Shown: positions 1-9,824 of the stretch, one piece after another
Layout: each line of letters begins with the position of its first letter
How positions within the stretch are numbered: position 1 is the stretch's first letter
Assembly (NCBI GenBank): GCA_018056375.1
Contig: JAGPFQ010000001.1
Location: forward strand, 247,361-311,360
Origin: Candidatus Dojkabacteria bacterium
Lineage (GTDB): Bacteria > Patescibacteriota > Dojkabacteria > SC72
Direction: 5' to 3'
DNA: 64,000 bases
Notes under the pieces: model-generated
Databases searched by the model: none
What the model was told of the DNA's origin: nothing
What the model saw: the letters and a program-made list of their open reading frames with translations, nothing else
Position numbers and translations under genes: made by a program

Positions 1-1785
1 ATTACAGACTGGAGATCCCCTATTGCAAACATCTATTACCAAAACTCAGGACCAAGAGAGAATGTCTCATTCTTAGCTCCAGTAGGTGAGAGATTTGGTA
101 ATCTAAAGCAGAAAAGACAGTTTCAAATATCAAAAGGTAGAATTAGAGGTATTTACGATGCAAAATCTGGAAATGTTGCAGCAGATGAATTCCTCTTAGC
201 ACAGCTACAGGAGAGAATTGGAAAGAAATTGCAAGATATTGTCTCAACAATCCAAGCCCAACAAAACGAAATTATTAGAGGAAATATAAATGAACCGATA
301 TTAATTCAAGGTGTAGCAGGAAGTGGAAAAACAACAATTCTTCTTCATAGGTTAGCATATCTCTTCTACACATACTCAAAAGAAATTAATGATCAGAACT
401 CTCTCATAATTGCTCCTAACCAAATGTTTATCGATTATGTTTCTGATGTTCTTCCGAATCTAGGTGTTGGGAAGGTGGAAACTCTAACATACCTTTTCTG
501 GGGCAGAAAAGTATTAGATTGGGATAAATATTACATAGTATCTAATGAAGCACCAGAAGATAAACATAAAGAGTATAAAGGCTCTATTGAATTCTTAAAC
601 ATTCTGGACAAGTATTTTGAAGATTTTGAACATGAGCTACTTGAAAACATTCCTAGTTATATTAAAGAATCAATTGCTCATAGATACTACGAACTAAAAG
701 AAGGTTTTACAGATATTGATATGTTTGAAAGAGTATCACTAGCTACAGAGTATGCATTTGCACAGAAAAAGTTTTCTGCATACAAAGAAGGAAAAATAAA
801 TATGAAAGATGAGTTTGTAGAAGAGACTAAAAAGAAGATTTTAGAATATTTCAAAAAGAGATGTAACCCCTACTCTCTTTATAAGGATCTTTTTAGAAGT
901 AATTTGTTACTTAAAGATATTTCAAAGTACTCATTGGATGGATTAACTCATAAAGGAAGAGTACGAACATACAGGACAGAGGATTTAGCTCCCATTGTAT
1001 ATCTTCATTTCAAAATCCATGGGAAGAAAGATTTTGAGAGAGGATATGTGATGATTGATGAAGCACAAGATATGAGTTTTGTACAACTAGCAACACTTAC
1101 TCAAATTGCAAAGAATGGGAATCTTACACTTGCTGGAGATTTGGCACAATCAATAATACCTCCTTTCTACATTAAAGATTGGGATGATGTAATTAAACTC
1201 GTTCAAGAGATTACAGGAAAAGAATGTAAATATCACCAGCTACAAAAATGTTACAGAACAACAGTAGAGATTATAGAATTTGCAAATTCCTTCTTTAAAA
1301 AGCATTTTCCTAAATCTTACAAACTTCCAGAAGCTGTTCTAAGACATGGTGATGATGTGAAATTCTTAAAGACTGAGAGAGATCTTGCTGAGATGGAGAA
1401 AGATGATATTAAAGAGATTATTCAAATCCTTAAAGATGATTTCAAGAAAGGTTCTGTAACATCTGCTTGTTTAACTAGAGACAGGCAACATGCAGACGAG
1501 ATATACGATGTTCTTAAAAACCATGCAGAAGAAATTGGTGAAAAAGTCGTAAGATATGATGAAAACAATTATCAAAGAGGTGTTTTAGTCATGCCAATAG
1601 AGAGTGCTAAGGGTTTAGAGTTTGACTCGGTAATTCTAGCTGATATAAACTCCAAGTATTATGAAGACACACTACTATGTTCCAAACTCCTCTATGTTGG
1701 TATAACAAGAGCTTTACATAGATTGTATGTGCTTGTAAATAAGAATGATAAATTTTCTAAGGATTTTGCTAATGTTTCTTTGTGA
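1..1785 (+). CDS. UvrD/HelD-like superfamily-1 helicase, 5'-partial. Frame 1 is open from base 1, so the gene starts upstream of the window.
   Basis: The upstream in-frame translation contains DWRSPIANIYY, a HelD-type N-terminal motif. Walker A is GVAGSGKTT. The C-terminal region MPIESAKGLEFDSVIL fits the UvrD_C family. There are no stops in frame 1 before base 229. Confidence 0.7.
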   Translation: MTDWRSPIANIYYQNSGPRENVSFLAPVGERFGNLKQKRQFQISKGRIRGIYDAKSGNVAADEFLLAQLQERIGKKLQDIVSTIQAQQNEIIRGNINEPILIQGVAGSGKTTILLHRLAYLFYTYSKEINDQNSLIIAPNQMFIDYVSDVLPNLGVGKVETLTYLFWGRKVLDWDKYYIVSNEAPEDKHKEYKGSIEFLNILDKYFEDFEHELLENIPSYIKESIAHRYYELKEGFTDIDMFERVSLATEYAFAQKKFSAYKEGKINMKDEFVEETKKKILEYFKKRCNPYSLYKDLFRSNLLLKDISKYSLDGLTHKGRVRTYRTEDLAPIVYLHFKIHGKKDFERGYVMIDEAQDMSFVQLATLTQIAKNGNLTLAGDLAQSIIPPFYIKDWDDVIKLVQEITGKECKYHQLQKCYRTTVEIIEFANSFFKKHFPKSYKLPEAVLRHGDDVKFLKTERDLAEMEKDDIKEIIQILKDDFKKGSVTSACLTRDRQHADEIYDVLKNHAEEIGEKVVRYDENNYQRGVLVMPIESAKGLEFDSVILADINSKYYEDTLLCSKLLYVGITRALHRLYVLVNKNDKFSKDFANVSL

Positions 1786-2164
1786 TAACTGTAAGAAAAA
1801 GGTAAAAGAAAGTGGTAATATAGGAACACTCCATAGAAATCATTGTCCATATTGTCTTTTTTCTAAACATTTAGATGATAAAAAACCTGGAGATAGAGAA
1901 TCTAAATGTCATGGTAAGATGGAACCAATAGCATTAGCTTACAAAAAAGATGGAGAGATTATGTTAGTTCATAAGTGTGAAGTTTGTGCAGATGTATCAA
2001 CTAATAGAATATCTGCTGATGACAGTGAAGAAGAGATATTAAATGTTTTTAATAAATCTGTTTTAAATAATGAAAAAGATAAGTTAGCAAAAATAGAAAG
2101 TTCCTTAAGAATATTAGGAGAAGAAGATAAGGATGAGGTAAAGAAACAACTATTTGGAATTTAA
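1772..2164 (+). CDS. RNHCP-domain zinc-ribbon protein. The start was moved to the inner Met (MFLCDNCKK), so it overlaps the helicase 3' end.
   Basis: The protein has a CDNC...HRNHCPYC...CEVC Cys pattern. The literal RNHCP motif is present. Confidence 0.55.
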   Translation: MFLCDNCKKKVKESGNIGTLHRNHCPYCLFSKHLDDKKPGDRESKCHGKMEPIALAYKKDGEIMLVHKCEVCADVSTNRISADDSEEEILNVFNKSVLNNEKDKLAKIESSLRILGEEDKDEVKKQLFGI

Positions 2165-2206
2165 ATGGTATCATCTATTTATATAAAATAACAAAAATCT
2201 ATATTC

Positions 2207-2782
2207 ATGAATAAACCAAAAATAGCTAGAGTGATATCAGAAATCTTTAATGGTTTTGTGACTATGATGTTAGCACCAATACTTGCTATCTTTTTCTCTT
2301 CCCTAACCTTAAAGTTAAAATTTCTCTATTCTGGTCTCTATATAATCTTACCTATACTTGTTTACTTAATTCTTAAGAAATTAGGTAAGGTTTCAGATTA
2401 TGAATTAACAAAAAGAGAGGAAAGACCTATCTATTTTGTAACAATAACAGTACTTTTTGGTGTGCTTTTCTTCATACTGAGAAGTCACAATATTGAAACT
2501 GTTACATATGTTTCTCTTACTCTCTTTGCAATAGCTTCAGCTATTACAATTGTTACATTTGCTTGGAAGATGAGTGGCCATATGACGTATTCTACATATC
2601 TTTTTTGTACTCTAGCCTATCTTTTTTCTCCATATTTCTTTTTAATGTTTCTTTTTACACCTTTAATTGCATGGTCTAGAGTAGAACTTAAAAAGCATAC
2701 CTTAGCACAAACAATTGTAGGAACATTACTAACATTTGCAGTATGTGCAACTATATATTGGGGATTAGGATTGTTTAAATAA
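2207..2782 (+). CDS. Polytopic membrane protein of unknown function.
   Basis: Five or six hydrophobic helices. No recognisable catalytic motif. Confidence 0.4.
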   Translation: MNKPKIARVISEIFNGFVTMMLAPILAIFFSSLTLKLKFLYSGLYIILPILVYLILKKLGKVSDYELTKREERPIYFVTITVLFGVLFFILRSHNIETVTYVSLTLFAIASAITIVTFAWKMSGHMTYSTYLFCTLAYLFSPYFFLMFLFTPLIAWSRVELKKHTLAQTIVGTLLTFAVCATIYWGLGLFK

Positions 2783-2809
2783 AGCTAGCTTAATCTGTAC
2801 GATTACCTT

Positions 2810-5800
2810 TTACAACGGTTTAAATCCAACTTCTTTCTTGTATATAGATTTATCTACATCAAAGAAGTTTTCTGCAAATTTAGTATATTTAGGATGGTAG
2901 TTAATGATTAGGGCTGGTCTTAGAGGGTTGTCTGCACCTAAGTTTCTTTGTAGAACGAATGCAGGAGATTCTCCTCCAATACCAAAGGCTATTAGTCCTC
3001 CTACTAGTAATACTTGGTCATGGTTTTCACTTACAGCTGCATCTTGGGCTATCGTTATTCTTTCTTTAGCAAGTAGGAATGCATCTATTCTGTCTGTACC
3101 ACCAGTAGCATGTCCATCGTTTACAATGATGTTCTTTTCTGAGAATACAAACATTGCATCATTGTTACTACTAGCATTTAGATTTCCTGTTATGGTTGTG
3201 TTACCTTTAGAATATATGAGGATTTTGCCACTGTATGTAATACCTCCTACATTTATATCTCCATCAGAACTGTAGTAGCATCCTAATTCTGACGTACAAT
3301 TTAATGTAGAGAGATTTCCAAGTTTTTTAAGCTTATTATTAGACATAGAGTTGTTTGCTTCTCTCTTGAGTGCTTCATAGAGGCTTACTTTGTTTTGTGC
3401 GTTTGTATCCTCTACTCCTTTGGCTACTGCTGGGTTTGGATTTGGTTCTGTGTTGTTGAAGTTTAGAATTATTGATATTGGATTTATACCATTTGCTTTT
3501 GTTGTTAATAGTTCTGAACCTAAGTTGTAGTAGTTAATATTAGGTTCTAGTTTTTTAGTTTCGTACTTAACTGTACCTTCTGAGTAAAATATTCCTCCTT
3601 TGGTAGACATCCATCTGTTGTAATCAAAAGGATCTGGGTCATCTGGGAATGGAGGTTCATCTGGATCTGGGTTTTGGTCTTGTCTACCAGTTCCACCAAA
3701 GTTACATGCTCTGTCATAGAGGGTTACATCGAACTTCAATGTACCAGAGGCTGTGTCACCTGTGTTAACAATCATATTTGTGGAATTACCATTGGAGTTT
3801 GTAGGATGATACCAACCACTTGTAATTACGATATTACCTTGTGCATCATAGCCGATATTACCCATCTCATCTGCACTGAGATTACCTGGTATTACTGCTT
3901 TTACTGGAATCGGAAGTGTTCTTGTTACCTCCTTTTTAGATGAAGAGCTAACATTTACAACTGTATGAACAATTTGAGAGTTAGGATGTCCTTTATCTGT
4001 ACTGGTCCATTTGAGTTGTAGGTTTTTTTGATCTTCTGTTGCAAGTCTATCAAGTGTTATTGCTGTTAATCTAGGATTTTTAAAATCAAAGTTCCATATC
4101 TGTCCTGTATTTTTAACAGACCTAATATCTGCAAAGTATCCATGTGGTTGGGTTGGGAAGAGTGTTAGATTATCCATCATACCTGTCCATATTTGGTATC
4201 TACCAGACAATGGTATGTTCTTTTCAAATTCGATTTTAATTGTCATATCTGTTGTATCTGTAGGATTTTGTGCATTCTTTACACTTTCCAGTGTTATTGT
4301 AGCTATTTTTGTTCTTTTACCATTATTGTTTACATATATGTATGGTTGTTGAATATTTGAGTTCTGTGGTACATCTCTACCCCAACCTTCAAAACCATTT
4401 CCATTATGTGATTTATATATGCCACCCATGGTATGAACCATTATCCCTATCTTATTTGGGTCTGATAATGTTGCACCTGGTCCTACGCCTGTGAGTGTGT
4501 TTCGTTCATTATCGATTGTACTTCCTTCTTTAACTAACCAGAGTACTGCAGCATTTATTCTGTGGTTTGCATCATCTTGTTCTGCTGCAAGATTAGTATT
4601 TATATCTCTTCCCTTTATTGTAAATGTGAGAATTCTGTTAGCTTCATTACCAGTGTATCTTGCTTCTGGTGTACATCCTTTAGCAGTGTTACCGGTTGTA
4701 TTGCCTGTTACAGTTGTAGAGATTACAGTAGGTGGTGTGTTTACTACGAAGTTGACTGATTTTGTAGTACCTTTGACCCAATTATCATCACATTTGTTTA
4801 GTGTTTCAAAAAAGGAAGAGAGTGTACCTTGATTTCCAGGGTTAAGTGATGGTGCTGTAGTTGGGATGTTGATAAAAGAGTTGAAGGGATTATCAACATT
4901 TAAGGTTCTTAGAATACCATTTAGTGTTACTCTTAAACCTCTTGCAGTGCTAGGTATACCAGGATTGTTTGTTTCTGTCCTTATCTCTGATGTTTTGTAT
5001 GGATATCGAATTACTGTTCTTCTTGTAGAAGAGAGTGGTTGGTATGTCGTCCATTCGAAATTATTAATACCTAATCTTTCATATATTTTAATACTTGTAA
5101 CATCAGGAACTGAGTTGTTGGTTTCTATATGATAGCAATCTGACTGATTACAGGTTTGTAAATTACCACAAGTATTAGTGTCTTGACAAGATGCTGGAAT
5201 ACCTAGACATAAATCACCTGTTTTAGTTGTTTTATAATTAATATTATTAAAGTTACTTGTTGCACACATTGCATCGGTTACTGTACATGAAGGTTCTGGG
5301 CAAGTACATGGAGGATTATCACCAGGTGGGACAAAGTGATAACCACAACATGCTCCAGCACCAATCTGGTCTGAACCACCACCAGCAACTGGTGGAGTAC
5401 ATCCGTATTCTTGGTACCAGCATGGTTTCCAAAGCTTTACACATGGATGCTCAGACTTCCAATCACAACCGTCCGGTGTACATGTTCCTTGCTTATTCTG
5501 CCAACCACAAGATACTTGGCAATTGGCTTCACATTGTGTTTTTGAATAATAACCTGTTGGTGTGGTAGGATGATCACAATAATGACCATTATCATTATGA
5601 TCAGTACCGCCACATATCCCGCCATAGGCAAGACTTTTACAAGTAGGTTTATCTCCACCAGAGCATGAGTAATAATAAATACCACCAACCTGATTACCAG
5701 TAGCACACACAGGTTCTGCTGGTGCCATAATGGGGGTGCAATCAACCCACGTAGCAAAAACAGATGATGGTAAGATGAGGAAGAGAAGCAAAACAATGAA

Positions 5801-5851
5801 CTTTACTAGAATTTTCTTACAAAGTTTTAATGGGTCCACATCAAAACACAC
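2810..5851 (-). CDS. Giant secreted protein of 1013 aa. It has a signal peptide, a Cys-rich N-terminal region of about 250 aa, and a long Asn/Thr/Gly-rich presumably beta-rich body.
   Basis: The N-terminus is hydrophobic (LLLFLILPSSVFA). There are more than 40 Cys in the first roughly 250 residues (CTCPEPSC, CGYHF and others). The remainder is Cys-poor and N/T/G-rich. It is the last gene of a minus-strand run. Confidence 0.55.
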   Translation of the reverse strand: MCFDVDPLKLCKKILVKFIVLLLFLILPSSVFATWVDCTPIMAPAEPVCATGNQVGGIYYYSCSGGDKPTCKSLAYGGICGGTDHNDNGHYCDHPTTPTGYYSKTQCEANCQVSCGWQNKQGTCTPDGCDWKSEHPCVKLWKPCWYQEYGCTPPVAGGGSDQIGAGACCGYHFVPPGDNPPCTCPEPSCTVTDAMCATSNFNNINYKTTKTGDLCLGIPASCQDTNTCGNLQTCNQSDCYHIETNNSVPDVTSIKIYERLGINNFEWTTYQPLSSTRRTVIRYPYKTSEIRTETNNPGIPSTARGLRVTLNGILRTLNVDNPFNSFINIPTTAPSLNPGNQGTLSSFFETLNKCDDNWVKGTTKSVNFVVNTPPTVISTTVTGNTTGNTAKGCTPEARYTGNEANRILTFTIKGRDINTNLAAEQDDANHRINAAVLWLVKEGSTIDNERNTLTGVGPGATLSDPNKIGIMVHTMGGIYKSHNGNGFEGWGRDVPQNSNIQQPYIYVNNNGKRTKIATITLESVKNAQNPTDTTDMTIKIEFEKNIPLSGRYQIWTGMMDNLTLFPTQPHGYFADIRSVKNTGQIWNFDFKNPRLTAITLDRLATEDQKNLQLKWTSTDKGHPNSQIVHTVVNVSSSSKKEVTRTLPIPVKAVIPGNLSADEMGNIGYDAQGNIVITSGWYHPTNSNGNSTNMIVNTGDTASGTLKFDVTLYDRACNFGGTGRQDQNPDPDEPPFPDDPDPFDYNRWMSTKGGIFYSEGTVKYETKKLEPNINYYNLGSELLTTKANGINPISIILNFNNTEPNPNPAVAKGVEDTNAQNKVSLYEALKREANNSMSNNKLKKLGNLSTLNCTSELGCYYSSDGDINVGGITYSGKILIYSKGNTTITGNLNASSNNDAMFVFSEKNIIVNDGHATGGTDRIDAFLLAKERITIAQDAAVSENHDQVLLVGGLIAFGIGGESPAFVLQRNLGADNPLRPALIINYHPKYTKFAENFFDVDKSIYKKEVGFKPL

Positions 5852-5859
5852 TTAATTTA

Positions 5860-7263
5860 TTACTGTCCAAACAAATTGCTTGGCTTACCAAAAAGGATAT
5901 GGTGTTGAGGTGTTACTGGAAATTCTTCCATTGTATCTATTGTATTGATGGTGTAGTTAACTTCTCCTCTTTCATTTCCTGGCTTTACAAAAGATATTAC
6001 TCCTATAATTTTTCCTTTCTGTTTATCTGTATATATATCAACCTTTATAGCAACATCCTCATCAAATCGCATAATTACATCACCTATCTGTTCATCACCT
6101 TCCCTTCTTAGAGAAGCTCCTTGTTCATAGAGTTCATAAGGTGTTATTCCCTCCCTAATACAAGCAAACAACCTTTCATCAGAGTGTTCTCTTGCAATTT
6201 CGGTAGCTACTCTAGCATGTACCAATTTGCGGCTAATATGGTCTGCCATGACTGCAATGGAATCCCAATGTCCTTCATACAACCTTCTCATGAGATTATA
6301 ACCAGATTCTTCATAGTTAATCATCTCGGAGAATCGAACTTCTTCCCCATTCTCGTACTTTTTTGTAGACATATTTTGGAAAGCTAAAGCTAGTGCATCT
6401 GATTCTGCTTGTGAAATATGATTAAAGAAAATCGGTATGATAGTTAACACTTCCCCTGCCTCTCTTTCTTCTGCAAAGTCATATCTTAGATTGTTTTTAT
6501 CTGCAACTGACAAAATAACTGACACTCTATTACAATCTTTACCTGTATAGTCCTCCACACAAGCATTACCTACAACTCCAACTTGAATAGTATTTCCTTC
6601 TTGATCTGTAACTGTTCTTCTATGCAAAATTGGGAAATCAAGTGATGTAGCCTCCATTAGTGAGACTGACATTTTCCTAACTACCTCGTCTTCCTTAGGT
6701 GAAAATATCTTTGAAAAATATATCCTTGAAGGATCAACAGTATAAACTTTGTTAATATTCTGTTCTAGTCTCTTTTCTCTAAGTGTATCACTACTTAATA
6801 TCTTCTCTAGAAGTGCTTCTGCTTCCTCCCTCTCCATATCTCTTCTAAATTCAGGCGTAGGTGTTTGTGTAGGGGTTGATATCTCTGTCGCTGTAGGTGT
6901 AAATGTTGTAGATACAGTTGGTTCTGGAGTATATGTTGGAGTAGACAACTCTGTTGTAGAAGTTGAGGTAGGAGCTTGTTCTTTCCTTACGGTTTCTGTT
7001 GGTCTACCTCCTTTGGTTTCCTCAGTTTCGCTAATATAATCTTGATTTGGCAGAGTATTACAACCTACTGCTCCTTTAGCCATAGCTAAAGCTGCTAATG
7101 ATAAAATAAGCTTTGTTTTAGGACTATATTTAGATTTCGCCTTTGGTTTTTCTTCTATACTCTCCTGCCCATACACTATATCCACATCATCCATTTCCTC
7201 AAAATCTGCTACTAAATCTTGGTCTTCTTGGGCAGGTTCTACAAAGTGTTCTTGTTCGTTCAT
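5860..7263 (-). CDS. Membrane-anchored protein. It has an acidic N-terminal tail, one TM or lipobox-like segment (LAALAMAKGAVGC), a Thr/Pro-rich linker and a globular domain of unknown function.
   Basis: Composition and hydropathy of the translation. There is a TPTYTPEPT...TPTQTPTPE linker. Confidence 0.45.
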   Translation of the reverse strand: MNEQEHFVEPAQEDQDLVADFEEMDDVDIVYGQESIEEKPKAKSKYSPKTKLILSLAALAMAKGAVGCNTLPNQDYISETEETKGGRPTETVRKEQAPTSTSTTELSTPTYTPEPTVSTTFTPTATEISTPTQTPTPEFRRDMEREEAEALLEKILSSDTLREKRLEQNINKVYTVDPSRIYFSKIFSPKEDEVVRKMSVSLMEATSLDFPILHRRTVTDQEGNTIQVGVVGNACVEDYTGKDCNRVSVILSVADKNNLRYDFAEEREAGEVLTIIPIFFNHISQAESDALALAFQNMSTKKYENGEEVRFSEMINYEESGYNLMRRLYEGHWDSIAVMADHISRKLVHARVATEIAREHSDERLFACIREGITPYELYEQGASLRREGDEQIGDVIMRFDEDVAIKVDIYTDKQKGKIIGVISFVKPGNERGEVNYTINTIDTMEEFPVTPQHHILFGKPSNLFGQ

Positions 7264-7275
7264 ATAAAATATTTT

Positions 7276-8440
7276 TTAATTAGAATTTATATAGGATATT
7301 ATATCAAGTCTTTTGGTCAAAGGGCTTTCAAACTCTTTAAGAGAGATAATTAAAGTATTCTCAAGATCTATTACTTCATTTGTTTCTTCAGTCAGTTTAT
7401 TTATTAAATCTACTCCATCGGTGAGAGGTTGATTTTCTCCTATAAAGTCATCTTTATTCATGCAAAATATTTCAAGCATTAGAGGAGGTTTTTCAATTTT
7501 ACATATACTATCAATCTCTTCTGAAGAATGTTTAAAATCTTTTGTCAAATAACCTAAGCTCAACTCATATTTCCCTCCTATCTTTATATCTTCCATATTC
7601 TCTGTGGTTATTACAGTTCCATCCTCTTTGTCCTCTTTTTTGAAATGGAAGCCTCTCGTTTTAGCTGTAAACTTAACTTCCTTATCCTTAATCCTTGAAG
7701 TAAAAGTCATATAGATAAAATCTTCTTTAATTTCCTTATCTGTAAGTATTGTTTCAAGTATGATTATTTTTCCTGTTTCTTCTATAGTAAGAGCGTATTT
7801 ATCTACGGTTATATAGTTCTGAAAATCTTCTATATTCAGATAGTTGGTTTTAACGTTGGAATTATTCCACCTTGGTGGTTTATCTGTTTGTACAAAGGAG
7901 TTGTAATATTCTTCTTCGGTAGCATTCCTTATCTCTATATTGTTGTAATAGTAGTGACCATAATCTTTTGTTGAATACACAAAAGAGTATATTGTTGGTG
8001 TTAGTTTATCTTTCTCTTCTTTCCACTTATCTATTTCGTGCCATAGAATATTTTTCTCTTCTATACAGAAGTTCATCAACTCTGGCTGTTTATCTTTCTC
8101 TTTACTAGATAAAATCAGGATATTGAAACAATGATTTTCAATCTTATTGTCTAGTGGGGTTGAAGGATAAATAAGTGCATTACAACTTACTTTTATCACC
8201 CCCCCCCATTTTAATATGATCACAATCTTCCAACATCTCTTCGTACCTATCTAATGTAAACCACCTACCATATTTAATACCATTAGATATGACATCTTTG
8301 TAAAGAAGTGAAATACCACTAAATAGTAGAATGAAAAAAAAGATAGATAACAAGCGTATTGTATTGTTAGAAGCAACTACCTTCATTGAAAAAAAATTAT
8401 ACCACAAAACCTCCATTACACAAATTTCAATAATACTCAT
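7276..8440 (-). CDS. Single membrane-anchored protein gene split by a G9 homopolymer frameshift. Track ORFs 8180..8440 and 7276..8223 overlap at the tract. A G8 variant would give one ORF of about 388 aa.
   Basis: The upstream ORF ends KMGGGDKSKL* and the downstream ORF begins ...KWGGVIK. Both read through the same GGGGGGGGG run. The two frames differ by 1. The N-terminal piece carries a TM helix (LLSIFFFILLFSGISLL). Confidence 0.45.
8199..8207 (-). repeat. Homopolymeric G9 tract (C9 on the + strand) inside a coding region. It is a slipped-strand phase-variation candidate or a sequencing error.
   Basis: Read directly: ttttatcaccccccccccatttt. A 9-nt G/C run is extreme in this AT-rich sequence. 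Confidence 0.8.
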
Positions 8441-8446
8441 GTTTAC

Positions 8447-9655
8447 CTACTTTGATGTATAGTCATCAAAATAACCCTGTACTAAAACAACAGGAGTCCC
8501 TTTATCACCACTACCACTTGTAAGATCCATAAGGCTTCCTAGAAGGTCTGTGAGTTGTCTAGGAGTAGTTCCTAAAGAATTCTTTCCATTGTACTCCTTA
8601 CTCTTCTTTTCATTAATAGCATCCTCTACACACTTTTTAATATCACCCTTACCATCCCAATTTTCAGAAATCACTTTTAGTTTTACCTCTTTTGGTCTAC
8701 CAACTAACCCATCAGTATATGCAGGAGAAACAACAGGATCTGCTAGCTCCCATATTTGTCCTACAGGATCCTTAAATGCACCATCTCCATATATCATTAC
8801 TTCTATCTTTGCACCTGTTTTCTCAAATAGCTCCTTCTGTATCTTTCTTACCAAAACTTCACCCTCTTTTACCCTAGGAAACAATTTCATATTCCCCTCT
8901 CCTACTTTGTTAGCTCCAAGCAAACCATAGTCTACATTGTACCCTCTTCCTTCTACTACCTCATTACAGATATCCTCTAAACCATATACAACCTGTCCAC
9001 CACCTTCTTTAATCAATCTCTTTGTCTTTTTCCTGTTATGTATATCACAAACTAAAACATTCTTTGTAAAGTTTAATATATATTTAGGATTGTTTGAGAA
9101 GTGAGGAATAACTTGTCCTTCTTTTCCTAAACTTTTGTAGTATTCAATGTAGTCTAAACCTGTAAATTCGTGTTTAAAATCATAACCGAATACCTCTCTA
9201 AATTCTTTTTCATCAAAAGAGTCATTTAGACTTACATCTTCTATCATTTTTGGATCAAGAATATGATTGCCAACTTCATCTGATGGGTAGCTGAAAAGGA
9301 TATGAACCTTTTTACAAGCTTTAAGAATAGCTTCAAGTATCATGGAGAATCTGTTTCTACTTAGTATTGGAAAGACTAAACCTATATCTTCACTACCAAA
9401 CTTTTTCTCAATCTCTTTAGCAACATCATCTATACTTACATAGTTAGAGTCACAGATGGATACAACTGCTTCTGTTATTCCAACTACATCTTTGTTATTA
9501 AACTTAAAACCATCACTTTTAGATGCTCTAAGTAACGAATCAACAACAATATCTACAAGGTTATCACCATGTTTGATAATTGGGGTTCTGATTCCCCTTA
9601 CAACTGTTCCTGTGTTTCTCATTTGTATGATTTTAAAATTATTACAGCAGAACAA
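8447..9655 (-). CDS. CofE-like protein of the F420-0:gamma-glutamyl ligase family (long form).
   Basis: The N-terminus PIIKHGDNLVDIVVDSL...DVVGITEAVVS and the C-terminus GTPVVLVQGY resemble the CofE fold signatures. Family-level call only. Confidence 0.4.
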   Translation of the reverse strand: MFCCNNFKIIQMRNTGTVVRGIRTPIIKHGDNLVDIVVDSLLRASKSDGFKFNNKDVVGITEAVVSICDSNYVSIDDVAKEIEKKFGSEDIGLVFPILSRNRFSMILEAILKACKKVHILFSYPSDEVGNHILDPKMIEDVSLNDSFDEKEFREVFGYDFKHEFTGLDYIEYYKSLGKEGQVIPHFSNNPKYILNFTKNVLVCDIHNRKKTKRLIKEGGGQVVYGLEDICNEVVEGRGYNVDYGLLGANKVGEGNMKLFPRVKEGEVLVRKIQKELFEKTGAKIEVMIYGDGAFKDPVGQIWELADPVVSPAYTDGLVGRPKEVKLKVISENWDGKGDIKKCVEDAINEKKSKEYNGKNSLGTTPRQLTDLLGSLMDLTSGSGDKGTPVVLVQGYFDDYTSK

Positions 9656-9824
9656 AAGGCTTTTATTGCAACAATTTCTTTAATATGGATATACATTAAT
9701 GATAATGTTGCATATTATTATTTCATAATATAGAGATGAGGGCAAGAGGAAAAATGAACTAGTAAAGACAAATATCAAAGATACTTAATTGTAGTTATAA
9801 AGTGTTTGAATCAAAACAAATTAT

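Noticed and set aside
2781-2790. Perfect 10-nt palindrome aagctagctt between the convergent ends of 2207-2782 and 2810-5851.
   Set aside because: It is too short and has no loop or U-tract to call a terminator. It may be a restriction-type site by chance.
2904-5796. Several ORFs of 60-125 aa in the track lie inside the 2810-5851 giant gene (2904..3275, 3674..3943, 4309..4494, 4491..4832, 4562..4759, 4866..5132, 5257..5568, 5437..5796).
   Set aside because: All lie wholly inside a long, coherent ORF on the other strand or in another frame. They have low-complexity or hydrophobic composition and no motifs. They are shadow ORFs.
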